From NCBI GenBank assembly GCA_045837725.1, contig JBEWZL010000162.1, positions 170,776 through 190,775 on the forward strand: a stretch of 20,000 nt of DNA, written 5' to 3'. This stretch comes from Vermamoeba vermiformis (lineage: Eukaryota). Below, in pieces: positions 9,605 through 20,000 of this stretch. Every line of letters begins with the position of its first letter. The stretch's first letter is position 1. The position numbers and the translations under genes were made by a program. A model generated the notes under the pieces. The model ran no database searches. It had not been told where the DNA came from and saw only the letters and a program-made list of their open reading frames with translations.

Positions 9605-9618
9605 CTATGACGTCATAG
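9605..9618. promoter_or_regulatory. Perfect 14-bp palindrome CTATGACGTCATAG containing a CRE/ATF bZIP site
   Basis: Seen directly, with an adjacent GTGACGTGG half-site at about 9593. It lies in the roughly 1 kb region upstream of the GATA-PHD gene. Confidence 0.4.
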
Positions 9619-10253
9619 CGCAGTAAAAAGCCGCAAAAAGTTGTTTTACCATTTGTCATGTATTTGGAACGCGACACCACGATCATCTTGATAGTTTATA
9701 TCTTTAGATAAGCACCGACTAGCGTATCACACAACAATTAAATCTGGCCGAAAAAGTTACAGATTCGAACGGAGTCGGTGAGCATACCATTAATGATCGC
9801 CCTTTAACAACGTAGAACAGCGAGACGGGTTCAAATCGCCAGTAAAGGTTGATTTTGGGGGCTTTACGTGACTGGGAAACGCCGGACAAAGAGGGTCGCG
9901 TTCTTCTTGCATCTGTGGTGTCCGATTTGGGGTGATCATATTTAAAGACGATGTTAATCGCGCTATCATGCCTTTCTAAACTCTCCACGTGCATGACCAA
10001 ACCGAGGCAAAAATGTCCGAGAATCAAATCTGCCAGGGCGATTCAAGTCCGAAAAGGGAATTTTCAGTCCCGATAAGGCAAAATCACGTGAAAAAAGGGA
10101 AAAATCATAGAAAAACCGATTTAAATGTCCGAAAAACAAAAAATTTGATTTCGTCATTCCTGTTTTCAGTTGCAATCGCCAGCGCGAAATCAAAACCACA
10201 ACTCTCCCCCGTTCCAACCCCCGGTAAAGGCATAAGGATCGCAGGTAGTCACC

Positions 10254-11461
10254 ATGTTGGCTTCAGTCGTTTCTCCCGTTAGCACGTTTTTACAACCAAG
10301 CAACATCTTTACTTCCGTTGAGTTTACCAGAGACCACGAGTCTCCAAAGTTCAGGACGTTCAGCGCCAAGGAAGTCGATGCGGCCAAGTCTCTGCTCGTC
10401 ATGGAGATGCTTTCCAACACGTAAGTTTGATTTCTGCCAGCGAAGCAAATCCCAACCCAAATCTGTTACCTTAATTTGGAGCTTAGTCTTGAAACAAAGT
10501 TGAAATCGCCTTCAAAATTGTTTTATCCAAGTGTTTTACTAACGCACCATCCAAGTTTTAACTCGAGCAGTGCAACTTTGCTATCCAGCGCGGAAAAGAT
10601 ACAATCTGCTCCCGTGTCCGCATCCGAATCCTTGCCTGTTCGTCAACAAAGCATCCCGACCTCCCGCAGAAAGCGAAAGCTTGATTACTATGAGTCTGAC
10701 GAGGAGGCTGAATTGAAACCTAAGCGCGCCAGACGGTTCGATGACGATCCCAAAGTGACGGTAACTCCTTACTCGAATAAAAAGAGGGCTCCCAATGGCG
10801 AACCTTGTGCTAACTGCAAGGGTGCTGAGTCCACTCTTTGGAGACAATGCGAGGTAAGTTGTGGTAGCGTGACTGACGGTTATTATGATTTTCGTTCAGT
10901 GAAATTCAACAATGCGACACGTGCAACATGATTTGGTAGCGTTTAAACAGTGGTAGTGTTTGTTGTTTTATGATATCATTGTTCAGACTAATAGCGGTGA
11001 TATTTGATCGTATCATTCTTTGTTTTATAGAATCGGAACACAAAATCAGATTTGATTACCTTTCGAACAAGCTTACTAATGCTTTTGTTTCCAGTGGAAG
11101 AACGGTACTACTGCCTACCTCTGCAACGCTTGCGGCTTGAGATTTAAGAAAGGTCAATACTGCCCAGAGTGTTACGAAGTTTACTACATTGAAACTCCAA
11201 CCGTCGAACACTGGCAACAATGCACACGGTGCTTCAATTGGACACATAAGGTAAGTTAACTGGTCTTAGTGAAGAGATCGCGAGCCTCCCCTATAATTAG
11301 GAGGATTAATCTCCGAATATGTCCGAGGATTCCGTAAATTATATTTTAGGCTCTTGGTTAGCTAAGCTGATGATCTTGATTACTAACATACTATCCTTGT
11401 ATAGGGCTGCTTGAAGCACAATCACTCTAGCGATTATGTTTGCAAGAAGTGCCTCTCTTAG
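10254..11461 (+). CDS. GATA-type zinc finger plus PHD finger nuclear protein
   Basis: Exons 10254-10420, about 10556-10854, 11095-11250 and 11405-11461. NLS-like RRKRK and KPKRARR. CANC-KGAESTLWRQCEWKNGTTAYL-CNACGLRF, followed by a PHD pattern CPEC..WQQCTRCFNWTHKGC..YVCKKC. Confidence 0.85.
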
Positions 11462-11655
11462 AAAAATGCTGTCTCGTAAAATAATTATTTATTGTAATAA
11501 GATTTTGTAAAAATGATGTATAGTACTTTTGGAAGAATAAAAGTTAATTTCGTGTAAACACGTCCCTTCGTTGCTTGTTAACACCCCGCCAAAGTTTTCG
11601 AATCCGCTCGGAACTTTACCGCACGAATTTTCTTTCGATTATTTGGAAAGCAGTT

Positions 11656-11898
11656 TTATTCAACCAAGTCGCCAACCAAATATTTCTTCAACAGATCTTC
11701 GGCGTAATCAGAATGACCAATATCCAAGAACTCGCTTGTGGCGTCTTTGCCTTTGTGCTCTTCAATGATCTCGCCGCCTCCTGGGTGCTCGTTTAAGAAA
11801 CCATACACGTTGTACACTTTGCCTTTGATGGCAACGTAGCAAGTGTCCTTTTCTTTTGCGTGCTCTTTTAATTGTGCCTTGGTTATTTGTTTCGACAT
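11656..11898 (-). CDS. CYB5: Soluble cytochrome b5 (heme-binding domain only, no membrane anchor)
   Basis: Motifs IKGKVYNV, FLNEHPGG, GKDATSEFLDIGHS and YLVGDL, with both axial His residues present. Confidence 0.95.
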   Translation of the reverse strand: MSKQITKAQLKEHAKEKDTCYVAIKGKVYNVYGFLNEHPGGGEIIEEHKGKDATSEFLDIGHSDYAEDLLKKYLVGDLVE

Positions 11899-12330
11899 CT
11901 GTAAGTGATTTTATTTAGAATGGAGGCAGATTTAGTTCGCAAAATAAAATTATTTTTGATTAAATTAATTAAATATGATTCTAACTAGATATGTGCTGTC
12001 TTATGTTGGCTAATGTATTCGTGCATTTAGGAAAATTATTTTGCATATTGAATTACGAGGGTGGACAAGAAAATTATCGGTTTTCAATTTGGTTCCTTGA
12101 TTAACGTCACAACCACAAGACAAAAGCAGGTAATAATCTTAAATTTTCCAAAATAACTTCAAGATTGCAAAGTTACCTTGCCTGGTAGTCTATTCAAGTT
12201 GATATTTGAAATAACCGTTGAAAAAAGCAATTTAAATCGCAAAAAATTCGCCGATTTTTGAAATAAATAGCGATTTAATTGATCACGTATATAATCATAC
12301 CATTCTAATTTATATCTATTAATTAATAGA

Positions 12331-13595
12331 ATGGACAACCGATCCGAAAACGTGATCTTGGTCGTTCTCGATGGTGTTCGCACTCAAGAGATGTTCGGTG
12401 GCCTAGACAAGCATTTGGTCACTCAAATTGTGCAAAAGAATCATCCTAATCAAAAGGCTGAAGATCAGCCGTTTTTTAAAAAGTACTGGGCCGAGACAGC
12501 CGAAGAGAGACGACACAAGATGATGCCGTGGCTATGGGGCGAATTTTTAAAGAATCATGGATGCATCGTCGGAGATAGACACAACGGTACGTTACACATC
12601 TACATTTTCATGAATAGATCTAGCCAAGTAACTCACGCTAATGTGATGTGTAGGATCGGTAGCCCAAGTCGCAAACAAATATAGATTTTCGTATCCAGGC
12701 TATTCTGAATTACTCACGGGCACGCCACAAGACGCCATTAACACTAATGACTTTGGACAAAATGTCTTCCCGACCATTTGCGAGTTCATCAAAGAGAGAT
12801 TCCAATTGGATTATAATCAAGTAGCTGTGTTTGCTTCGTGGCGTAACTTGAAGGATGTAAGTTGTGAGCACATAAGTCACGTGTCACTCTCTGACAGATC
12901 CGCTCGTTCCTAGGTTGCAGAGCGCAAGAAAGGCACAATAATCACCAACGCAGGATATGATCACTATGAGCACCCTGATCCGCTCGTGCGATATCTGAGT
13001 GACATGCAGTTCAAAACATTGACACCATTCAAGGAAGTCAGACACGATAGTTTCACGCATCGGTTCGCACTTACGCACATGAACTCGCACAAGCCAAAGT
13101 TTATGTTCTTAGTAAGCCTCCACCTTCTAATGATTTATAGTGTACACGTTGTTAACAACTTATTACTAGGGATACGGCGAACCCGACGATTGGGCGCATC
13201 ACGACAGATACGATTTGTACTTGGAGTCGTTGAATCAAATCGACCATTATCTCAAAGAACTCTGGGAGTTTATTAACAGCGACCCTCACTACGCAGGCAA
13301 GACATCCTTGATTATCACCACTGATCACGGTCGAGGCGAGACTTTGGCTGACTGGCACAATCACGATTTCGATATTGAAGGCGCGCAATATGTTTGGATG
13401 GCTTTCGGATCACCAGCACTGTCACATCGTGGAAATATTTTGCCGTCAAGCAACACTGACAAGCACGAGTGGCGATCCAATCAAGTCGCAGCAACGCTTC
13501 TCGAGTTGTTAGGCGTGCCTCACACTGAGTTCAGCGATACGATGGGCAAGCCTATTGATCTGTTTTTCAACAAGAGTAGCGCTGGTACTCTTTAA
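12331..13595 (+). CDS. Alkaline phosphatase superfamily metalloenzyme of the bacterial 'phosphoglyceromutase/AP protein' type, 4 exons
   Basis: Motifs NVILVVLDGVR, FSYPGYSELLTG (Ser nucleophile), VAVFASW, RHDSFT, GEPDDWAH and IITTDHGRG. Three canonical introns restore the frame. Confidence 0.85.
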
Positions 13596-13720
13596 AGGAA
13601 AGTGACTAATAAATTTTCGTCGAAGGAACAATCGCTAGACTTGGTCTGCGAGTTTATTGCAACGAGTATTTACAGCAAAATTTACAACATAGAGTGTTGT
13701 ATTGTGGCTAGATACAGTTC

Positions 13721-14121
13721 TTAAATCTTTCCTTCGTTTCTGAAGACCATGAAGGCAGCCTTGACGTACTCAGGGCCAGATCCAGGAGCGCTGCTAAGAG
13801 AGCTCAAAGTAGAGCCGTTGGAGCCTTCAATGGCACCACGAGAGCGGTAGTAGCCAACAGTGCTGCTTCCCCACTCGATTCTCCAGTCGCTACCAGCTTT
13901 GCGAGCGTATCCGACGGTGCTGCTGCCCTTTTCAATTCGGTAATCAGAGCCTGTAGAAAATCATGATTAATTTAGTTAACGACGGTCATGTTAAGCGATT
14001 GCGTATTAATAATTAGGTGAAGAAAATGTCGGAGTTGAAGATCGGGACCGAAGAAAAACAACATAAACTTACCAGTGGAGACAAACTTCAAAGTAACGCC
14101 GTTGATAGTGTAGTCAGACAT
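13721..14121 (-). CDS. 92-aa small protein with a tandem 19-aa beta-hairpin-like repeat (not in the ORF track)
   Basis: Exons 14121-14073 and 13950-13721 give MSDYTINGVTLKFVSTGSDYRIEKGSSTVGYARKAGSDWRIEWGSSTVGYYRSRGAIEGSNGSTLSSLSSAPGSGPEYVKAAFMVFRNEGKI*. Canonical splice sites, biased codon use, and AATAAA downstream on the minus strand. Confidence 0.85.
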
Positions 14122-14498
14122 GTTGGTTTAGTTGTGTTTTGTTTCGTAATTGAATGAATAACCAAGATTTTCGTGGGCCTTTTATGTTTGCCAAAAATGT
14201 CATCTCGTGTCATTAACACGTGGAGGACCTTAATTTCACAGAAAACGCCACAAATGTGTACGTACGGTCCTGCCCTGATTTAACGGTCCCATACCTGTCA
14301 GTCAAGCTGCGTCAGATCCACATTCCTCTTGGAACCCGTGATTGTTACTAACAATTTTCCTTTGAATTTGAAAAAGCAGGTTAACAATATCTTTCCCTTC
14401 GTGAAGATATCAGTAACTTCTAAAAGCGAAAATGGACATTAATTCTCAGCGTTTATTTGGTGCAAGATGTTCGTAATTAATTATTATTTGTGACCAAA

Positions 14499-16480
14499 AT
14501 GAGAAGCAACATTCAGCGGCACTCCTTAGCACTCATTTTATTGTTTGCAGCCGTTATGGAAGCTGCTAATTCGTCACGCGTTTGTCCCTCGCAATTACAG
14601 AGCCTAATTGACAATCTTCTTGCAAACAGTCCCATTGTAACCCGTTCACGCTGGGGAATTTATGTAGAAGAGATTAATAATCAAACGTGGCAAGGAAAGC
14701 CTCTTTACTCACGTAGGTATTTTGATTAATTTAATGGAGATATTTTCAAATCCGGTTAGGATCAGTTAGATAATAATCAAATAATAAATTAATCGTAGGG
14801 GATGCTGTAAACTATTTTTTGCCTGCCTCTACGAATAAAGTGCTGACATCTGGATCTGCCTTGCTGTCTCTCGGCCCTGACTACGCTATTAAAACTGACG
14901 TAACAACCTACACGAGCAAGACTACAGCAGCTAATAGTAGAAGCACTGTAGATGTATTAATTGTGACAGGTAACTTTTCTAACTCGTTTTCTGAGCTGAT
15001 CAAATTTCTCAAGGACGCGGTGACCCCTCTTTGACCTTCCAGAAGCTTGATCAGCTCGCCAGTCAGCTGTCTCAAAGCGGAATAACCACTGTTAATTTTG
15101 TTGGCGTCGATCAATCGTATTTTAAGGCGTTACAACCACCAAGCACTTGGGATTGGGGCGATCTCACCGCCAATTACGTAAGTTACGGAAATATACGATG
15201 CATATTAATAACTGGAATATAGGGTGCTCTGCCGACACCTTTTGTATTGAATGAGAACGTTATTACCTTTACTGTTGTCCCGCCTTCAGATCCGAGTCAA
15301 AATGTCCAAGTCAAGTTCTACAATAGCGCCGATCAAGACTATTTGTTGAGCAAGTTAATCATTAACGTTGCTACGAGTAAGTTTGATTGCGCATTAGCTT
15401 ATATCTATCTTTTTATTTTTCGTTTATTTTCCTAAAAGCCAGCTGGATCTATTATTATTTGTACTAATAATTTTTTGCAGCCTCAACTCCGAATGTCAAT
15501 ACACTCGATGCTAATTATCAATGGGGCACCACTTATCTCAAGTTGACCGGTCAAGTTAGCGTTGGCGCGCAATCGTTCGATGTTAGTGTTGCTGTAGCCG
15601 ATACAGCGCTCTATTTCCAAAAACATTTCGTGGCTGCGTTGAAAAACAACAATATTCAAGTCACACACGAGGGCTTGCACACGATGGAAGCGATTAAACA
15701 ACAGATCGCGTTCGACGATAGCAACGAGTTCATCATTCAATCGGCGGCTTCGCTCACCTCGCCGCCTTTATATGTTATGATGAATAATACCTTGCAATGG
15801 AGCGTTAATTTGGAGGCTGAAATGTGGCTCAGACATTTAGGAACAAATTTCATCTCAGATCGTAAGTCCAAAAGGAAAGTACTAAAGAAATCATGTACTA
15901 ATATGACATCGTAGCTAATCTCGACGAGGTTGACAATGGCTTGGCTAAAGTCAGATCCGTTCTCACTAATTTGGGCGTGGACGGTGATCTGTTCATTCAA
16001 GCAGACGGCAGTGGATTGAGTCGCAAGAATTTAATCAGTCCCAAATCACTCGTACTGTTCTTAAGAGCTATATTACAGAAGGCACCTTCATTCGTGAACA
16101 TTCTTCCTGTTGCTGGTACGAAAAAGATGCGATCCGTTACCTTATCTTACCTGGCACTAATTTATCATATAATTTATATAGGCGAGTCTGGTACACTGAA
16201 GTATAGATTCGTTGGCACTCCTGCTCAAGGCGTTGTGTTTGCAAAGACTGGTAAGATTGGATCGAGATCTGTAAGAGGTTCTCGTGAGCCTAATTGAATA
16301 TCGATAACTATAGGATCGTTGTCTGATACATATACATTGGCTGGGTATGTCTTGCGTCCCGGCCAGTACAATCCTATCGTATTCTCAGTGATGGTAAATC
16401 AAAACGCCGCTGGATCTGGACCTGCTCGTCAGTTGATGGATCAAATTGTAGTTCTCTTAGCTCAATTGCAATACTGTTAG
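14499..16480 (+). CDS. dacB: Secreted D-alanyl-D-alanine carboxypeptidase/endopeptidase (PBP4/DacB, peptidase S13)
   Basis: Signal peptide. SxxK (PASTNK), GRGDPSL, W.WGDL, SxN (SVN), DGSGLSRKNLISP, PVAGESGTL and KTG (FAKTGSL) motifs. Multi-exon. Confidence 0.9.
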
Positions 16481-16634
16481 TAAAGTAACACAATTTTGTG
16501 CCCGTTTTGTTTGGTCAGACCTGCTGTTTTTTGTTTAATTGATTTATTTAACTGTCTAACGAACAAGACTGTCAACATAAAAGTCAATAACGTATTATTT
16601 TAGTACCAAATTGACTAGACTAAGTGCCCCTTAA

Positions 16635-18890
16635 ATGGCTGAATTGACCTCGTAAGAAACGATTTCACATTTAATCGTAAATCAAAATTAAGCTCAAATT
16701 TCGAAATAATCATCTAATTATAGTAGAGGCACTAGTAAACGCACATATAATATTTTAAATCAATTAGCGAGATATTTTTATAATAATTTAAATTTGTATT
16801 TTTTTGTAGGTTTTCGTTAACGGATCTGCCTAATGAATTATTGGCTATAATATCATCTGAATTATCAGCGCGAAGGGATTTTGGAGCACTTTTATTTACA
16901 AGCAAGGTCTTTGGAAAGATAGTCCGGTTCTCGTGGTCTAAATTATCCTTAAGAGCTGAGAATAAGATCACTTACCATCAATTCTTTTCTTTCAAACAAG
17001 AGCGTCTGACTTCCGTCGTAGAATTAGGTAAAATATTATTTTAAAATTAAATTAAATATTTTTTTCGACCTAGGTCTTATTTTTAAAACGGCCATAAAAG
17101 ATCACTATTTAGTTAGCGGAAATATAGGATATGCTGATATTTAACGGCTTATTATTAGATATTTCGTATTGCAATCAAATGTCGAACGGTCTCTTCAGAC
17201 AGATCGTGTCGCAGATTCCGAAACTTCGAGTACTCAAGATGCGAGGCTGCAAACGACTTAACAGACTCATAGCCGACGACTTAAGTAAGTAAATATCATC
17301 GTATTATTACTTAACCATACAAACCTATTGGTGTTTATTGTAAGAATGGATGTGGATCCTGACCCAATTTTTATTTTAGTTCAGTTGAAGTTGACATATA
17401 TAGACATTCGAGATTGCAGTTCCGATATATACAACTCTTATTATGGCCAGCACGCAGCGCTGAAATCTCTGACTGGTATCGCCATGGATCCGGGTTATTT
17501 TGGTCGATTTAAATTAGAGGCTGAAAATATTACGCGAATGAAGTTAAATGTTGATGTGGCCTGTCAATTCGATCACTTAACGAGTCAATCTAAGATATTT
17601 GAAACCTTGGAGCAGTAAGTCATTATCTAACCAAGATTCAATTAGCTCGTTGGCCGCATCTGGATCTACTTTGCCAACGAAAAATTCACTATCAATATTG
17701 GGCCTATTTTTCATTTGCAGTAGTATATTGAAATAATAATCACCGTTTGCGATGCAATTGAAGGTTGATGATAAGTAGATCTGGCTCCGTAACAATTTTT
17801 TTGTTGTAGGTACGTGAATTTAGAAGAGCTGCAAATAAACTGCGCGAGAATTATGCACTGGGATTTATCAAACCTCAAGAAATTAAAGACATTAGTCATT
17901 GGTAGTCCAATATTTTCGCTGAAATTAGCGGATCCGAAACAGTACGTAAAAATCAAAATCGACTTGTCTATTTTATCAAATTTATTAACCTGTCTATTTT
18001 TAGAATGAAAAAACTTCATTTACGATTCAAAACGGGTTTTCTGGACACAAATGCAAAAGACATCATTAAAGACAGTACCACTGAAGAAACAATAGGCAGG
18101 ACACATAATCAAGTTATCCTATACTCTAAGTACTTACATTCATATTATATTATAGATCAATTGGTTAATATCGAGTCCTTACAACTCCACGGATATTCGG
18201 GCTCATTCAATTTAGCGAAATATCCGAAACTGAGAAAATTTGGCGGCGACTACGTAATGTAAGAATAACGATTATGATACGTATATGATATTCTAATACT
18301 ACCACTAGAAACGGATTCGTTGAAGACGTTGTTAATCATAAAATTCTGGAGAAGATCTGGTTCAGTTGCAAGCAGCCAGATGCGCTCAAAATACTCGCTG
18401 CAAATGACAAATTGACATCAGTCCGATACGATAAAGAAATAACAGCGGAGTTATTGGAAGCACTAGCATTGCTGAGATTGGAAGAGTTGCATGTTGTACT
18501 GGATGCAAGCCTGTCATTTGATTGGTCAAAATTTAGATCCTTAAAATCACTCACAATACACGTACGTAAATACCAATACATTATATAATAGTATTAATAT
18601 ATGATTATTGTTAGATGGGTGCATCGGTCGATACCACAGCGACGTTCAAACAATTGAAAAATATTCCAAAGCTCGAAGAAATCAAAGTATTTTTCCATTT
18701 AACAAACCAAGACATTACGGCAAAGACAATATTGCCGTACTTTGAAGGATTTTCAGCACTTAAACGCGTCACTGTCAGAATGCAGTTGGTGACGGCAGTG
18801 TTGATCCGACTCGAAGCTGTTTTTTTCAACGAACTTTTTGCGCTGAAACACATCACTTACGCTGACGTCAAATTTCAACATTTTTTGTGA
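16635..18890 (+). CDS. F-box / leucine-rich repeat protein
   Basis: First exon 16635-16651 splices to FSLTDLPNELLAIISSEL (F-box). LRR units include LDISYCNQM, IPKLRVLKMRGCKRL, LTYIDIRDC, NLEELQINC, LKKLKTL and LEELHV. Confidence 0.8.
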
Positions 18891-19317
18891 ACAATAAATA
18901 CACATTAACATAGGTGACGAATGACCTTCATTCGATAGAGCATCGAACTATAGACTTGTCCTAGCTATTAGTTTTTTGGTCCTCTTCGTCGGACAGTACC
19001 TTAGTAATTTAGGTCCAATTTCGATAGTGAGTTCTATCCATTAACTGTTGTTATTAATAATACGGAGCTTGCCCTACTATCTGATTTGCGAGTTAGCTGA
19101 AACCTGCACCAAAGGCATGCTATGTCATTGTTCTGTACTGAGTCAATGTTGACCGCTCAGTCAACGAAAAGTCAAACGGATATAAAAATGAGAATGAGAG
19201 TAGGTGGCACACCATGGTTTATGGCCTGTCAAAGTCCGGACAATCTAGTACTAGCATTTGATCATCAAAGAGGGTTATCTACAAATGTACAAGGGTTTAT
19301 TGATTGATATAACTACA

Positions 19318-20000
19318 CTAGGTCCGCACCAATATGAACTGCATGCTGCTCGTGCAGGCCACTAAAATATCGCCGAAACAATAAATCAGCGAGAACGTGT
19401 TTGTTTTCTCGGCCGCCAAAACATTGCAATTCTTCAGCAAGATGATCGGAATGTTCCGCGGTGTTCTCGACACGTGATAATCAGTATTCATAGTCTTCGT
19501 ATGCGTGCCTATAATATTCAGCTGTTGGTTCGGTCTGAAACTTAGCGCCAAAATTAGTTTTTTGTCTTGATGACATTTGTAATCGGTGTTTGGCTTGGGT
19601 AATTCGCCCGTATAAAAATCAAAGCTCATCGAGTTGTTAATAAGGTATTTGTCTAATAAAAAGAAATTTCCTTCAAACGAAATCTGCAGCTCGTTCATGG
19701 GATAATGATAAACCTCGCGCTCCATCACATTTTCGTTTGTTTTGTAGACCAGCACGTTCTTATCGTCCAAAAATAATAGGCCCTTGCTTAAATCAGATGA
19801 AACGTATATTCCGTTGAATTTTAGCAATTGTCTTGGTTGATCGTTGGATTCGGATTCGTCAACTTCTATTTCTGGCAATCTAATGTTGTAATATTCTGCT
19901 TCGCGTAGTACTCTATTATGGGACATATCGTGTGGTATTTCCAGCTCGCCAGTTCTTAGAAAAGACAAGATCGGTTTAAAGTACTCGCCATCCCGATCAA
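19318..20000 (-). CDS. KCTD-type BTB/POZ (T1) domain protein, 5' partial
   Basis: DRDGEYFKPILSFLRTGEL..VLREAEYYNI is the C-terminal signature of the T1/BTB domain. The frame stays open to the window edge. Confidence 0.85.
   Translation of the reverse strand, partial: DRDGEYFKPILSFLRTGELEIPHDMSHNRVLREAEYYNIRLPEIEVDESESNDQPRQLLKFNGIYVSSDLSKGLLFLDDKNVLVYKTNENVMEREVYHYPMNELQISFEGNFFLLDKYLINNSMSFDFYTGELPKPNTDYKCHQDKKLILALSFRPNQQLNIIGTHTKTMNTDYHVSRTPRNIPIILLKNCNVLAAEKTNTFSLIYCFGDILVACTSSMQFILVRT

Noticed and set aside
9719-10503. Several overlapping ORFs upstream of and within the first GATA exon
   Set aside because: No motifs or splice support. The first coding exon is better explained by the ATG at 10254 in another frame.
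19122-19307. 61-aa plus-strand ORF
   Set aside because: It lies between convergent 3' ends and shows no motif or coding signal.
1-20000. CRISPR arrays, transposases, tRNA/rRNA genes, prokaryotic operons, stop-codon recoding
   Set aside because: None seen. The in-frame stops I examined are explained by canonical introns under the standard code.

Overview
Gene-dense, intron-rich eukaryotic DNA. Most introns are about 35-110 nt, GT..AG, with CTAAC-like branch points; the gene content suggests a free-living protist or amoeba (inference). Manual splicing supports about 12 protein-coding genes: an 11-exon minus-strand gene fusing a VCPIP1-like OTU deubiquitinase to PLAA/Doa1-like PFU and PUL domains; a small membrane protein; a secreted two-beta-sandwich (PPC-like) protein; a Pro/Gly- and RD/RE-rich protein; a HugZ/HOZ-like split-barrel protein with a likely mitochondrial presequence; an atypical GATA-finger plus PHD-finger protein; a soluble cytochrome b5; a bacterial-type alkaline phosphatase superfamily enzyme; a 92-aa internal-repeat protein missing from the ORF track; a secreted PBP4/DacB (S13) peptidase; an F-box/LRR protein; and a partial KCTD-type BTB gene. 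The apparently intergenic region at about 3500-4480 reads as a spliced non-coding host gene. Two of its introns hold box C/D snoRNAs with 12-nt matches to conserved rRNA, and the third holds a candidate H/ACA-like hairpin. Several unusually long introns also contain inverted repeats. All family calls come from motif recognition; no searches were run.
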